This document shows, piece after piece, positions 37,380-48,180 of a DNA stretch of 64,000 nt. A model generated the notes under the pieces. That model did not search any database, had not been told where the DNA came from, and saw only the letters and a program-made list of their open reading frames with translations. Both the position numbers and the translations under genes were made by a program. This stretch comes from Candidatus Thorarchaeota archaeon (GTDB taxonomy: Archaea > Asgardarchaeota > Thorarchaeia > Thorarchaeales > Thorarchaeaceae): NCBI GenBank assembly GCA_048884965.1, contig JBHLQH010000015.1, positions 19,337 to 83,336 on the forward strand, written 5' to 3'. Each line of letters starts with the position of its first letter. Position 1 is the first letter of the stretch.

Positions 37380-38539
37380 GTTTCAAAGAACCCAGCGAGT
37401 CTATTGAAAGCTTCATCGACTGCATCTGCTGTCAGAGGACCAATAGAGATTCGGATATGTCCCTCACCAGACTCACCGAATACACTTCCTGGCAATACCA
37501 ATGTTTCAGTGGATTGCAGGATATCTAATACTAGCTCACGGGAATCCATGCATCCAGTCACTTTTGGAAAGAGATAGAATGTGCCCTTGGTTTCAGTAAC
37601 ATCCAATGCATCTATTTCCCTTGCACGAAGGTATGCGAATTCTCTCAATAGAGAAAGACGACGTAGCTCTTCCTCTACCCAGTTCATATCAGACTTTAGG
37701 GCTTCTAATGCAATCATCTGGCTTGCAGTCGGAGCGCAGATAGAAATTGTGTCTTGGACCTTGAGAAATTCATCCATGAACTCACTGTTACCAAGTACAT
37801 ACCCAACTCGCCAACCACTAATTCCGAAGTCCTTTGAAAAGCTACCAACAGTAATGATGTTCTCCCTAGCATCCCGCCGTTTTTTAGGACTGTAATGCTC
37901 TGCGTCACAAAATACAAGTCTTGAGTAGGCCTCGTCAGAGATTAAGATAATATCGCGCTCCAGACAAATATCTACTATCCTGTCGACGGTGCTCGAGCTG
38001 TAGACAGCACCTGTAGGATTATTTGGACTGACCAAAAGAATCGCCTTAGTGCGATCAGATATTGCTGCTTCAATATCGGTAGGATCAGGAATGTATTGGT
38101 TTCCAACAGGCACCTCAGTAACAGACCCACCGGCTAGCTTGATAGCCATGACCGAGTTGAAGTAATATGGTGAAGGCATGACAACATTATCGCCAGACTC
38201 TATCAGAGTAAAGATAGTCCCTGCAAATGCCTGATTCCCACCAGCAGTGATAGTCATCTCATTCTGGGGGTCGATAGCAATTCCAGAATATTGGCGTAGA
38301 TAGAGTGCAAGTTCCTCTCGTAGCTCAAGATGACCCTGATCAGAAGTGTAACGATGCGTGAGTGGGTGAGATATCTTTTCAGCTAGTGCATTCATCACAC
38401 TCTTGGGAGGCACGTGGCCGGGTAATCCTTGGCCCATATCAATGAAATTTGAAGACCCCATGAATCTCTTAGCGGCCTCAGCTAACTTCACAATAGGAGG
38501 GGGACGAATATCACTTGTTCTATACTTCATGGCACCCAC
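37364..38539 (-). CDS. PLP-dependent aminotransferase class I/II
   Basis: SPNNPTG, SDEAY, SFSKDFGISGWRVG. Confidence 0.95.
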   Translation of the reverse strand: MGAMKYRTSDIRPPPIVKLAEAAKRFMGSSNFIDMGQGLPGHVPPKSVMNALAEKISHPLTHRYTSDQGHLELREELALYLRQYSGIAIDPQNEMTITAGGNQAFAGTIFTLIESGDNVVMPSPYYFNSVMAIKLAGGSVTEVPVGNQYIPDPTDIEAAISDRTKAILLVSPNNPTGAVYSSSTVDRIVDICLERDIILISDEAYSRLVFCDAEHYSPKKRRDARENIITVGSFSKDFGISGWRVGYVLGNSEFMDEFLKVQDTISICAPTASQMIALEALKSDMNWVEEELRRLSLLREFAYLRAREIDALDVTETKGTFYLFPKVTGCMDSRELVLDILQSTETLVLPGSVFGESGEGHIRISIGPLTADAVDEAFNRLAGFFETYRSE

Positions 38540-38683
38540 GCAACTTTGTCAGTACCTCATTCTCTGTCATAAACATTCTAAAAAGGCATTGGCACGATGA
38601 TGTGAGTATAAAGAGCATGAATATAGGTGCTTGCTTAAACTTAATAATGACCCTAAATCCTAACATATCAAGAGGCGGAATAA

Positions 38684-39460
38684 TTGAAAGATGAAGTGTG
38701 TGGAATTAAGATTCTAGGTGCTCCAGAAGCACAAGTAGTTCAGACAAAAGAGGTTACCATGGAGAAACCACTACTAGTCTGCGGATTCCCTTCAGCAGGT
38801 GTTGTAGGTACAATCGCAGCCAATGCGATAATCGACCAATTCAAAATGGTAGAGATTGCACACATCCGATCCAAATACATGCCATCGGCAGCAGTCTTCA
38901 TTGATGGGAGGTTAAGACACCCATTCCGCATCTATGCAAGTGAGAAGAACAACCTTCTAGTGGTGACCACTGAATTGATGGTCGCTGAGGAGGGTATGTA
39001 CCATGTTAGCTCTATTCTCTTAGACTGGGCAGCAAGCCTAGGTGTCAGAGAATGTGTAGTGCTTGACGGCATTCCTGTCCAAGGAATCCCTAGTGAACGG
39101 AAAGTATTCTACGCGGCAGAAGAAGAGAAACTAGCAGAACTCGAAGATGACAAAGAGATGGAGATTTTCCAAAAAGGAATTATCTCAGGTATCTCTGGAT
39201 CAATTCTTTCAGAAACTCTTTGCCGCGATATGATCGGTTTCGCACTATTGACTCCTGCAATAACGATGATACCAGACCCAGAAGGTGCCGTCAAACTTCT
39301 ACAGGCACTGAATAGACTCTACAATGTTGGAGCAGAGGTTGAAGAACTCCAAAAGAGTGGAGATATCATCAAGCAGAAGATGCACGAGGTTGCTGAGCAT
39401 AACGAAGGACAGCGAAGTCGTGATGCCGCTCGAAAAGGGTACGAACGCATGTTTGCGTAG
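38684..39460 (+). CDS. Proteasome assembly chaperone (PAC2 family)
   Basis: GFPSAGVVGTIAA, PFRIYA, GIISGISG, PDPEGA. Confidence 0.9.
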   Translation: MKDEVCGIKILGAPEAQVVQTKEVTMEKPLLVCGFPSAGVVGTIAANAIIDQFKMVEIAHIRSKYMPSAAVFIDGRLRHPFRIYASEKNNLLVVTTELMVAEEGMYHVSSILLDWAASLGVRECVVLDGIPVQGIPSERKVFYAAEEEKLAELEDDKEMEIFQKGIISGISGSILSETLCRDMIGFALLTPAITMIPDPEGAVKLLQALNRLYNVGAEVEELQKSGDIIKQKMHEVAEHNEGQRSRDAARKGYERMFA

Positions 39461-39517
39461 AAACGAATTCTATCTCAAGGCTAGCCGTTATCACTGGCTA
39501 CCTTTCGTTTGCAGTGG

Positions 39518-40141
39518 CTACTTGTCAGTGCAGGTATCATAGGCTTCCTTAGCGCCTTCGGCGTTGCGTTCACCAACTTTGCCAGACCATTTCTCCTTGA
39601 TGACATTCTGGACTGTTTCAAGCTTGACTAAGCCAGTTGCCTTGGCGAATGCTCCAAGCATTGTGGTATTGACCACGGGCAGTCCAGCAACAAGCAGGTT
39701 GTGCTTCAATGCGATACCAGTACCATCATATGTGAACACCTTGGCAGTACCATAGTGAAAAACTGTAGGCGCTTTTGGCGTATTGATAATGATGATTCCA
39801 TTCTCCTTGAGACCTTCCATGGGATCAATCAAATCAACAATTCCAGGATCCAGAATAGCTACGATATCAGGTGTATAGATCTGGCTCCTGACATTGATTG
39901 GTTCATCGGATATTCTCGTGAATGCCTTAACTGGAGCCCCTCTTCGTTCAGCTCCAAAATAGGGGAATGCTTGGACACCCTTGTATCCATCAATGAATGC
40001 AGCTTTTGCTAGTAGTTCAGCGCTGGTTACGCCTCCCTGTCCACCTCGACCGTGCCATCTGATCTCAATCATGGGCATTTTTGAATGACTCCTCAACAAA
40101 GGTACTCTTGGTACACCCTCAGCGCAACAGAAGCCAAACAA
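39518..40141 (-). CDS. porG: Pyruvate/2-oxoacid:ferredoxin oxidoreductase gamma subunit (start probably MPMIEIRW near 40076)
   Basis: EIRWHGRGGQGGVT, FGAERRGAPV, NTTMLGAF. Confidence 0.9.
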   Translation of the reverse strand: MFGFCCAEGVPRVPLLRSHSKMPMIEIRWHGRGGQGGVTSAELLAKAAFIDGYKGVQAFPYFGAERRGAPVKAFTRISDEPINVRSQIYTPDIVAILDPGIVDLIDPMEGLKENGIIIINTPKAPTVFHYGTAKVFTYDGTGIALKHNLLVAGLPVVNTTMLGAFAKATGLVKLETVQNVIKEKWSGKVGERNAEGAKEAYDTCTDK

Positions 40142-40180
40142 AACTGTTTCGCTATCAACAACATAGAGCTTTTCTGGATT

Positions 40181-40561
40181 CTACATGAAGAAAAGGAATA
40201 CTGCGGATGTGATCAGTAGTGGGAAGATCGGAACGAGTGTGCATTGAAAGCAAGATCGGTCTATATCATCAGCCCATATCACTCCAGCCTTGAATCCTAG
40301 AGAAGAACCCAGGAATGAACCTCCGAATATCGCCGCATCGGGACCTAGAAAAATAGCTCCTGAAGGCCAATCAAATATCACGACAAAGGGGGTTAGGTTC
40401 CACAATAAGATGGTAGGTAGAAGGGGGACCACGAATCCTGATATAGCTAACACAATAAGAAGATTGATTGATTTCCTCACTCCATAGGTGCCTATGAAGA
40501 CTGAGAATAGCATCCCCACTAGCGCCAAACTAATTCCTATAGTTGTCCATGCGAATGCCAT
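40181..40561 (-). CDS. Small membrane protein (paralog of 41509..41886)
   Basis: FDWPS, IFGGSFLG..LGFKAG.IW.DD.DRSCFQC. Confidence 0.75.
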   Translation of the reverse strand: MAFAWTTIGISLALVGMLFSVFIGTYGVRKSINLLIVLAISGFVVPLLPTILLWNLTPFVVIFDWPSGAIFLGPDAAIFGGSFLGSSLGFKAGVIWADDIDRSCFQCTLVPIFPLLITSAVFLFFM

Positions 40562-40682
40562 GGTCTATCATTGGTCTGAAAGAGTATATGGATTCTCAAC
40601 TCAATTCATCAGGTGTTGCCAGTTCAGATACTTTAGCGATACCTCTTTGTAGGACTGGACCTCAATCTTAGTTGTTGGAGCT

Positions 40683-41501
40683 TTGGATATAATGGATGAA
40701 TTCTTTGATGCGAACAGAGACCTTTGGGACGCAAAGGTAGACATTCACAAAGACTCTGAGTTCTATAACGTTAGAGGCTTTCTGGAGGGAGAAGATGCAC
40801 TCGACCCAATGGAGATAGAAGAAGTTGGTGATGTGAAAGGAAAGTCCTTGCTTCATCTTCAGTGCCATTTTGGTTTGGATACGATGTCATGGGAACGAAG
40901 AGGTGCCAAGGCAGTTGGTGTCGATTTCTCAGGGGAAGCGATTAAGCTAGCACGCACTTTGGCAACAAAGACTGGACTGAATACTAAGTTCGTTGAATCA
41001 AATATCTTTGACTTACCTAAGCATCTGAGTGGAGAATTCGATATCGTATACACCTCAGGGGGAGCTATCATGTGGTTGAATGATCTACAGAGATGGGCTG
41101 AAATAATTGACCTTTTTCTCAAACCTAGTGGATTCTTCTATATCAGGGAGTTCCATCCCTTTGGCTATATCTTTGATGATGAATGTGAAGAGCCAGTCCT
41201 TAAAGTAAGATATCCATATTTCCAGGGTAAGGAACCAATTAGCTATATTGCTGATTCTACCTATTCCAACCCGGAAAAGAAGTTGGAGCCAAAGAAGGCG
41301 TACGAATGGAACCATAGCATATCACGGATAATCAATGTACTCACAGGAGTTGGCTTACGAATAGAATTCTTCAACGAGTTTCCCTTCACCACATACCAAG
41401 CTTTGCCCTTTATGACTAAGAATAGCGAAGGGAGATATATCCTACCTGAAGGTATGGTTGCTATTCCATGGTTATTCTCTCTCAAGGCATCCAAACCCTA
41501 A
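40683..41501 (+). CDS. Class I SAM-dependent methyltransferase
   Basis: LLHLQCHFGLDT, GVDFS, FDIVYTS, LKPSG. Confidence 0.9.
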   Translation: MDIMDEFFDANRDLWDAKVDIHKDSEFYNVRGFLEGEDALDPMEIEEVGDVKGKSLLHLQCHFGLDTMSWERRGAKAVGVDFSGEAIKLARTLATKTGLNTKFVESNIFDLPKHLSGEFDIVYTSGGAIMWLNDLQRWAEIIDLFLKPSGFFYIREFHPFGYIFDDECEEPVLKVRYPYFQGKEPISYIADSTYSNPEKKLEPKKAYEWNHSISRIINVLTGVGLRIEFFNEFPFTTYQALPFMTKNSEGRYILPEGMVAIPWLFSLKASKP

Positions 41502-41508
41502 TCATATA

Positions 41509-41886
41509 TCAAAGAAAGAATAGAATCACGAGCGATGCCACAAGAACAAGGGAGATTGGAACTAACAAGCATTGAATGCATGAACGATCATTATCATCGG
41601 TCCAAATCATACCAGCTTTTAGACCCAGAAAACCTCCAATGAAAGAACCAGCAAAGATTGCCATTTGAGGTGTTGCGAACCACGATGATGGCCAATCAAA
41701 TAATGTAATGATGGGAGTCAAGAATCCATACACAAATGAAAAGACGATGGGAATTATCAATACAAACAACAGGAGAGACGGAAGCAATGCACGTTCTTCC
41801 TTGCCACCCCAGGTACCAACGAATAACGATATGAAAAGGGATATCATTGCTAGAGTAATAGAAAGTGTTAGTTCAGTAAATGCCAT
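41509..41886 (-). CDS. Small membrane protein (paralog of 40181..40561)
   Basis: FDWPS, IFAGSFIG..LGLKAG.IW.DD.DRSCIQC. Confidence 0.75.
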   Translation of the reverse strand: MAFTELTLSITLAMISLFISLFVGTWGGKEERALLPSLLLFVLIIPIVFSFVYGFLTPIITLFDWPSSWFATPQMAIFAGSFIGGFLGLKAGMIWTDDNDRSCIQCLLVPISLVLVASLVILFFL

Positions 41887-41930
41887 ACAGAATGTAAGTT
41901 CTTCCTAGCTCAATAGTTTTGTGATTATCT

Positions 41931-43154
41931 TCAGACTTCTTTGAAGATGAATCTCACGAGAATCAGATTTACCATAAGTGTGAACAATTCCATCAATCCA
42001 GCTACAACAAATGCAATCACGAAATCTGAGAGGGTCAAGATTATACCAAGGACAATCGGTCCTAGTGTTATCCCGACATTTCCAAGGAAGTTGAAGAATC
42101 CCATTGCCATTGCTGAATCCTCTGAACCGATTGCATCTCCAACAAGGGCCATAGAGGGAGGAGCTGTGATACCAGAGAAAACTCCCAAGAGAACGAGCAT
42201 AACAAGTAAAGATGAGAAACCTGTAGATCCGATTATTCCAAGGAAGATGAGTACTGTACCATAGCCTAGGCTTCCAATAATGAGCGGTTTGTAGCGACCA
42301 TACCTATCCGACAGACGTCCCATAGGATATTGCAATATAATGAAGGGTAAAGCAAAGATCGCGAGAGAGTAACCTCTGAGAGACTCTGATAGACCAAGCA
42401 CGATTGAGAGAAACAATGGGAGGACAGTCAGGATGAATCCAATATGTAACCGGTCTATGAAATTGAATAGTCCAGGGACAATCAACACGGGTTTCCTTAA
42501 TACAATGCCAATACTATCCCGTAGTGTAGGTCGCTCTTTGGGCATTTTGGGATCTCTCAAAAAGATAGCTGCAATAACAAAGACAATGACATTTAGGATG
42601 GCTGCTGAGTAATAGGGCATATAGATTCCGTAAGATGCTACCAGCCCACCAACTGCAGGACCCATTCCCATAGCTAATGCTAAGAATGCACCGAAGACCC
42701 CCATATTCTTTCCTCGATTATGAGGTGTTGAGAAATCGAGAGCAAGGGTCATCAGTGTCTGCCAGACCATGACGGTGAAGACACCTTGAAGGAATCTGAA
42801 TACCAGTAGAAGCGAGTATGATTCTGCAAGGGTCATTAGCCAATAGAAAGGGACCGAGCTGGCGGATCCAATGATTATGAACAAACGTCTTCGTTTCCAC
42901 CTATCTGATAAAGCGCCTGTTGTCAAACCAAAGATGAGATATGAGAGATACAGGACCCCATCAAAGAGCGCGTACTCGAACTCGGAAACATTGACAAAGC
43001 GACCAAGAATGAACTCAGGTTGATTCACATGGAGCAATGCTGCTGCTGCGATAGTTAGGAGCGTTAGTAACCCTAATAGAGGGATTTTTCTTGAGATAGA
43101 CGATGAGGACATTTCCTGAGATTCTTTTGTACTGACTTCATCCACCAAAGACAA
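41931..43154 (-). CDS. MFS transporter
   Basis: GALSDRWKRR and GRLSDRYGR motif A; about 12 TM. Confidence 0.95.
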   Translation of the reverse strand: MSLVDEVSTKESQEMSSSSISRKIPLLGLLTLLTIAAAALLHVNQPEFILGRFVNVSEFEYALFDGVLYLSYLIFGLTTGALSDRWKRRRLFIIIGSASSVPFYWLMTLAESYSLLLVFRFLQGVFTVMVWQTLMTLALDFSTPHNRGKNMGVFGAFLALAMGMGPAVGGLVASYGIYMPYYSAAILNVIVFVIAAIFLRDPKMPKERPTLRDSIGIVLRKPVLIVPGLFNFIDRLHIGFILTVLPLFLSIVLGLSESLRGYSLAIFALPFIILQYPMGRLSDRYGRYKPLIIGSLGYGTVLIFLGIIGSTGFSSLLVMLVLLGVFSGITAPPSMALVGDAIGSEDSAMAMGFFNFLGNVGITLGPIVLGIILTLSDFVIAFVVAGLMELFTLMVNLILVRFIFKEV

Positions 43155-43225
43155 CTCACTCCATTTCTGATTAAACGAATGCTTAGCTTAGTCATAAAAA
43201 GGATTGAGCAAGGTGCACTTTGAGT

Positions 43226-44617
43226 TCAAATGACAGAATCATTCTTCATTGCCGCAAGAGCGCCCTCAGCTGAATTTGCAGCCTGCTGAAGCCCCACACC
43301 AGATCCTGCAGTATCTGTGCCGACAATGTACAGACCCTTGATTGGTGTAGTTGGTCCAGGCCGGTCCAGATCAGTCTGACCTGGAATCAACGCAGCTCGA
43401 GTAGCATACGACATTTGTACATGTTCCATCTCAATTTGTTTTAGGACATCAGGAAAATATTTCTCAAATCCATGGGATTTCATGATTGCGACCTGCTCCT
43501 CGACACTCTTGCCGGGAATCGCCATCATTGCCATCGCCAAGAGTTCCTTTCCATCAGGAGCACTTGATGGGTCAAAGCTTGATATTGATACGATCCATCT
43601 ATTTGGGTTCGGATGTACAAGAACACGATTCTTCCTATCTCCTATCACGACCTTATCTAGACCAAGCCAAAGAGTGATTCCTCGTGTTGGCTGGAGAGAA
43701 CTCCACCTTTCAAAGAAGGTCTTGATTTCGGACGACGATGAGTCAATGATTTTTGCCATATCCCATAACGGGATGTTGCCAATGATGAGTGAATGGTCGA
43801 TTCGCTTTCCAGCAATGGTAAGACCCGTCGCCTTTCCACCAGACTCATGTATCTTTTCAACAGGCGCATTAAGGACATAGCTTCCATTGATGGACTCAAT
43901 CACTCGATTGAGCAATCCGTCCATACCACCTATGACATAACCCTCGTCGTAATCCTCAGTGCCAAACAGAAGTCTCTTAGCTTGCTCCAGCTTTCCTGAC
44001 TCCTTGTCAGTATCCTTGAGGGTTCGAAGGGCCTCATATGCCGATGCCTGATCAATTCCAACTCCAGCAGCCATGTAGATTGCAGATTGCATCACATCAA
44101 GCATGACTTGATTCGTTGCCTTCTTTGATTGCATGAATTCCAGGAACGAAATATCCTTGTATGTCTTCATCTCCTCGAGCTTCATGGTCTTGATCTTCGC
44201 ACCAATCTTAGCAAGTCCCAGCCTACCGCGCATATTTGTAAGAGGCCATCGAAGAGTTTCTCCAACACTCGTGGGAATCGTTCCAACCTTATCGTGAACT
44301 CGAAAATACCACCCTTCATGGAGAACGAATTCAGGAGGTGGCGAAAGGTAATTACGCATGAACCTCGCAAATGCTCCACGCTTTACTCTAGTGATGACAT
44401 GGAGCCCATTGTCGATCCGATAACCATCAATCCAGTAGCCAAACCAGACACCGCCCAATTTGTCACCCTTCTCAATGACAAGCACCTTCTTGCCCTCAGC
44501 TGTCAATGCTAAGGCACTCAGGAGACCTCCGGCACCTCCGCCTGCGATCACTGCATCGTAATCAGATGGTTCAACAGTATCCAATGAGATAGGCTTCATG
44601 GTAATCGCATGCTCCAA
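43226..44617 (-). CDS. FAD-dependent oxidoreductase, phytoene-dehydrogenase-like
   Basis: GGGAGGL..A, EK..LGG, DNGLH, APDGK, GLYIVG. Confidence 0.85.
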   Translation of the reverse strand: MEHAITMKPISLDTVEPSDYDAVIAGGGAGGLLSALALTAEGKKVLVIEKGDKLGGVWFGYWIDGYRIDNGLHVITRVKRGAFARFMRNYLSPPPEFVLHEGWYFRVHDKVGTIPTSVGETLRWPLTNMRGRLGLAKIGAKIKTMKLEEMKTYKDISFLEFMQSKKATNQVMLDVMQSAIYMAAGVGIDQASAYEALRTLKDTDKESGKLEQAKRLLFGTEDYDEGYVIGGMDGLLNRVIESINGSYVLNAPVEKIHESGGKATGLTIAGKRIDHSLIIGNIPLWDMAKIIDSSSSEIKTFFERWSSLQPTRGITLWLGLDKVVIGDRKNRVLVHPNPNRWIVSISSFDPSSAPDGKELLAMAMMAIPGKSVEEQVAIMKSHGFEKYFPDVLKQIEMEHVQMSYATRAALIPGQTDLDRPGPTTPIKGLYIVGTDTAGSGVGLQQAANSAEGALAAMKNDSVI

Positions 44618-44645
44618 TGTTGTCTACTTAAGGATGGCGTCATAG

Positions 44646-45755
44646 CTATAGTAAGTCTACAGGTCGCTTCTTATTTGCTGACTCATAAGCGGCGTCTACA
44701 ATACGATGAGCTGCAACAGCATCCTTGAAACTCGGAGAAGGTACAGCATCAGTAGAGAGCGAAGAAAGGAATGCATAGCTCAGGGCAGCATATCTTTCTG
44801 GACCAACTGATGTCAGTGTATCTATTGCATCCTGAGACATGCTATTCTTGGATTGTAGTCCTAGATGTCCAAGGAGTGCATCGTTAGCTGTTTCCTGCCA
44901 TATTCGTAATGGAGAGTTGTCAAGCAATTGATACTCCAAGTAGCGCTTTCCTGATTCCAGACGAATACCCAAGTACCCTTTCTCAAAGAAGAATTCGATA
45001 TTCCTTTCATTCGGCCTGTCAACCCAGTGCCAAACCGAATCGAGGGTGCTGACTGCACCATTCTTGTGGGTCATTATGAGTGATGCTTGATCTTCAACCT
45101 CTTTTCCTGAGAAGTGATTTATCCTTGCATATACATCATCAACATCCCCAAAGAACCATCGTAGAACATCTATGTCATGAATGCTATGCTCAATGAGGGT
45201 TCCCCCACCAGCTTGAGACTTGAATCCTCTCCATTTACTGTAGTAGATGTAGTCAATAGGAAATCTCTGATCATCTCGAATATGGGCCAGCATGGGTTGT
45301 CCAAACTCATGAGTTTCGATCAAATGCTTTGCATACAGCAGAAATTGATCGTATCTGAGAACCAAGCCAGCGACAGACTTCACATTTGAGTCCATGACTA
45401 CACTCAGTAGTTCCGTGGCCTGAGGACAGCTATGTGCAAGGGGCTTTTCACAGAATATTTGCTTTCCAGCCTTTGCAGCAGCTTTGACCATATCTATGTG
45501 TTTGTTTGTAGGAGTGCAGACGTATACAACATCTACGTTCTTGTCTTGTACAAGATCAATATAATCCTCATAGACAGTTGGCACGCCAAAAAGATTAGAT
45601 GCAGAATTAAGAGTTTCAACATCAATATCACACAGTGCCGTGATTTCAACATCAAGAAGACCAGATTCCTTAATTGATAAAAGACCGGTAAGATGGATCT
45701 TTCCGATATTTCCGGTACCGATTACACCAACACGGATTTTCTGTCCATTGCTCAA
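44646..45755 (-). CDS. Gfo/Idh/MocA oxidoreductase
   Basis: GTGNIG, CEKP, GGGTLIEHSIHDID. Confidence 0.9.
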   Translation of the reverse strand: MSNGQKIRVGVIGTGNIGKIHLTGLLSIKESGLLDVEITALCDIDVETLNSASNLFGVPTVYEDYIDLVQDKNVDVVYVCTPTNKHIDMVKAAAKAGKQIFCEKPLAHSCPQATELLSVVMDSNVKSVAGLVLRYDQFLLYAKHLIETHEFGQPMLAHIRDDQRFPIDYIYYSKWRGFKSQAGGGTLIEHSIHDIDVLRWFFGDVDDVYARINHFSGKEVEDQASLIMTHKNGAVSTLDSVWHWVDRPNERNIEFFFEKGYLGIRLESGKRYLEYQLLDNSPLRIWQETANDALLGHLGLQSKNSMSQDAIDTLTSVGPERYAALSYAFLSSLSTDAVPSPSFKDAVAAHRIVDAAYESANKKRPVDLL

Positions 45756-45910
45756 TAGACTTCCCTTGCCAAGCAGGAATCCTCAAGAATGCTATATGAG
45801 TCTTCTGCGCCCAGAGATTCCAGCTAATACCTCATGACAATCAATATCAGGGAGATGTTAACTGAGAAACATTGAAGTTGCACAGAATGAAATCTTCCGG
45901 GTGAGTCCTA

Positions 45911-47710
45911 TTGTCAGACAAAGAGAAGCTTCAGAAGGCAATGCAAGCAATAAAGGAAGATAAGAAAGAGCTTGCACTAAAACTACTCAGTCAGGTTGCT
46001 GAGAACTTCTCTGCAAAGAAAGCTTATGACAACGCGGCACGCATCTTTGAGAAGGCAGGTCTCCTAGCCAGAGATATGTACCTTCTTGACGAGTGCTTAG
46101 CATACTTAGAGAAGGCTACATTAGAGCAGATGCGGAAAGGGACAGAGGACAGTCATCCAGAAATTGTACGATTAAATGTCACCGCTGCGGAGATTTCAGA
46201 AGAGGCGCTCGAATATGGTACCTCGGCAGAATTCTATTTCCGTGCCGTAGATTTTGCGGCAGATGAAGAAAAGGACAAAATCCTACTCAAAGCAGCAGAC
46301 GCTCTAGAAAATCTTGCTGACAAGCGTGAGGAAGAAGGAAAGCTGAAAGATACGATTGGATTGGTTAAGAAAGTCGGACGTATCTACTATTCGCTTGGCG
46401 ACGAAGAGCTAGGTTCCAGAGTCAATGAACGAGCAATCAGAACAGCACTGCGATGGGCAGAGATATCCAAAGAGAATCGAGATCATCTTCAAGTTGGAAA
46501 TGCACTAGCAGAGGCCGCTCAACTCTATCAAGCTAAAGATGATTTTGTAGAAGCAGCAAGACTGATGATCGATGCAGGGGAGAACTATGAGGCAGTCCAA
46601 CTCTACGAGAAAGCTGGCAATATCTATGATGCAGCTCAAGAAATCTACAAGCTTGAGAGATTGACTTCAGCTAGAAATCAGGCAATGTTCAAGGCGGCTG
46701 AGGCATATGTGAAAATGGAAGGCAAACCCGAGGTTGTCGCTCCCCTTTTGGTGAAGGCGGGAGATATGTTCTCGGAACTGCAAAGCACCATGAAAGCCAG
46801 GTGGGCGTATAAGCGAGCCAACGAGATCTTTGAGGAGCTTGCAAAGGCAGCAGCGGATACTCAAGATAGCGAATCAGAAAAAACCTATCTCAGGTTCCAA
46901 GCGATGTGTCTGAAGAAGTGGGGAAGCGAAGAGGAAGCAGAAGAGATTTACAGTGAGGTTATTGATTACTTTCTAAGCCAAGCAAAACAGGAAGAAGAGA
47001 AGGAGAACAAGGAGCTCCAAGCCATCTCACTCGAAGCAGTCGCCGAAGTCATGAGTGAGGCTGATAGACCGGATGATGCTAGAGTACAACGAGAAAAGGC
47101 TGTCGAGCTGTATGTTGAGCTTGCAGATATGAACGCTGCAGCAGGAAGTCCTGACGAGAGTTCTAGATTCTATTCAAAGGCAGCAGAGTGTTCCAAGAAA
47201 CTGGGAGATATAGAACGAGAGGAGTCGTTTCACTGGATCGCCAGTGAGAAGGCTGAGGAAGCAGCAAAGTTCTACGAAGGCTTGGAGGTTCATGAACTTG
47301 CGACTGTTTGGACCAGAACAGCAGGTCTTGAAGCCCTTCACATCAATAAGCCAGATGTCTGGGAAAAGGCAACAGACCTCCTAGAGAAATCAGCAAGAGG
47401 ATTTAGATGTGTAGGAGAAGAAAAAGAAGCCTTTGAGGATTTATTCACTGTCTTTGAAACAGTTTTCTCGAACAAGAGGACGGGGAATAAGAGACGCTTG
47501 AATGCTATCGTCAAGGAAATGGATGAGATTGCTAGAACAAAACGAGATGAGAGAATGCTTGCAACAATGGCGGTGATTCAAGCCATTCAAAAGGACAAAT
47601 ACATCGCAGCCTTACTTGCCCTACAGGAAAGAGAGGAAGACGTACTAGATATCCGTGACAGATTACGTGCTCTAATCAAGCTTGGGGATTCAGTCTTTGG
47701 CATAAAGTAA
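45911..47710 (+). CDS. Long alpha-SNAP/TPR-like solenoid protein
   Basis: Repeated AA..[FY].KA / AG..Y..A helical units over 599 aa. Confidence 0.75.
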   Translation: MSDKEKLQKAMQAIKEDKKELALKLLSQVAENFSAKKAYDNAARIFEKAGLLARDMYLLDECLAYLEKATLEQMRKGTEDSHPEIVRLNVTAAEISEEALEYGTSAEFYFRAVDFAADEEKDKILLKAADALENLADKREEEGKLKDTIGLVKKVGRIYYSLGDEELGSRVNERAIRTALRWAEISKENRDHLQVGNALAEAAQLYQAKDDFVEAARLMIDAGENYEAVQLYEKAGNIYDAAQEIYKLERLTSARNQAMFKAAEAYVKMEGKPEVVAPLLVKAGDMFSELQSTMKARWAYKRANEIFEELAKAAADTQDSESEKTYLRFQAMCLKKWGSEEEAEEIYSEVIDYFLSQAKQEEEKENKELQAISLEAVAEVMSEADRPDDARVQREKAVELYVELADMNAAAGSPDESSRFYSKAAECSKKLGDIEREESFHWIASEKAEEAAKFYEGLEVHELATVWTRTAGLEALHINKPDVWEKATDLLEKSARGFRCVGEEKEAFEDLFTVFETVFSNKRTGNKRRLNAIVKEMDEIARTKRDERMLATMAVIQAIQKDKYIAALLALQEREEDVLDIRDRLRALIKLGDSVFGIK

Positions 47711-47760
47711 TACGCAGAAAATTACTGGTTCTCAAAGAGAGACAACTAAAGGTGAGATAG

Positions 47761-48180
47761 ATGACAACATATCATTCTGCTATTGAAGTGAGGTCAAGAG
47801 GTAACTGTGACATGATTGACATCACTGAGCAGGTTTCCAAGATTGTGCTAGAAAGCGGAATAAAGACAGGTATTTGCACAGTCTTCTGTCCGGGCTCTAC
47901 AGGGAGCATAACGACCATTGAGTATGAAGGAGGTCTTCTGCAGGATTTTCCTGAAGCGATGGAGCGAATTGCACCACAAGAAGCTGTTTACCAACATCAT
48001 CTGAGATGGAGAGATGGAAACGGGCATTCGCACATCAGAGCATCTGTACTAGGACCAAGCATCACAATTCCATTTGTAGATAAGAAACTGACATTGGGAA
48101 CCTGGCAGCAGGTAACTTTCATTGATTTTGATAACAAAGCACGAAATCGAAGTCTAGAGGTGCTGCTAATTGGAGAATGA
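47761..48180 (+). CDS. yjbQ: YjbQ (UPF0047) family protein
   Basis: NGHSHIRASVLG, LGTWQQ..FIDFD. Confidence 0.9.
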   Translation: MTTYHSAIEVRSRGNCDMIDITEQVSKIVLESGIKTGICTVFCPGSTGSITTIEYEGGLLQDFPEAMERIAPQEAVYQHHLRWRDGNGHSHIRASVLGPSITIPFVDKKLTLGTWQQVTFIDFDNKARNRSLEVLLIGE

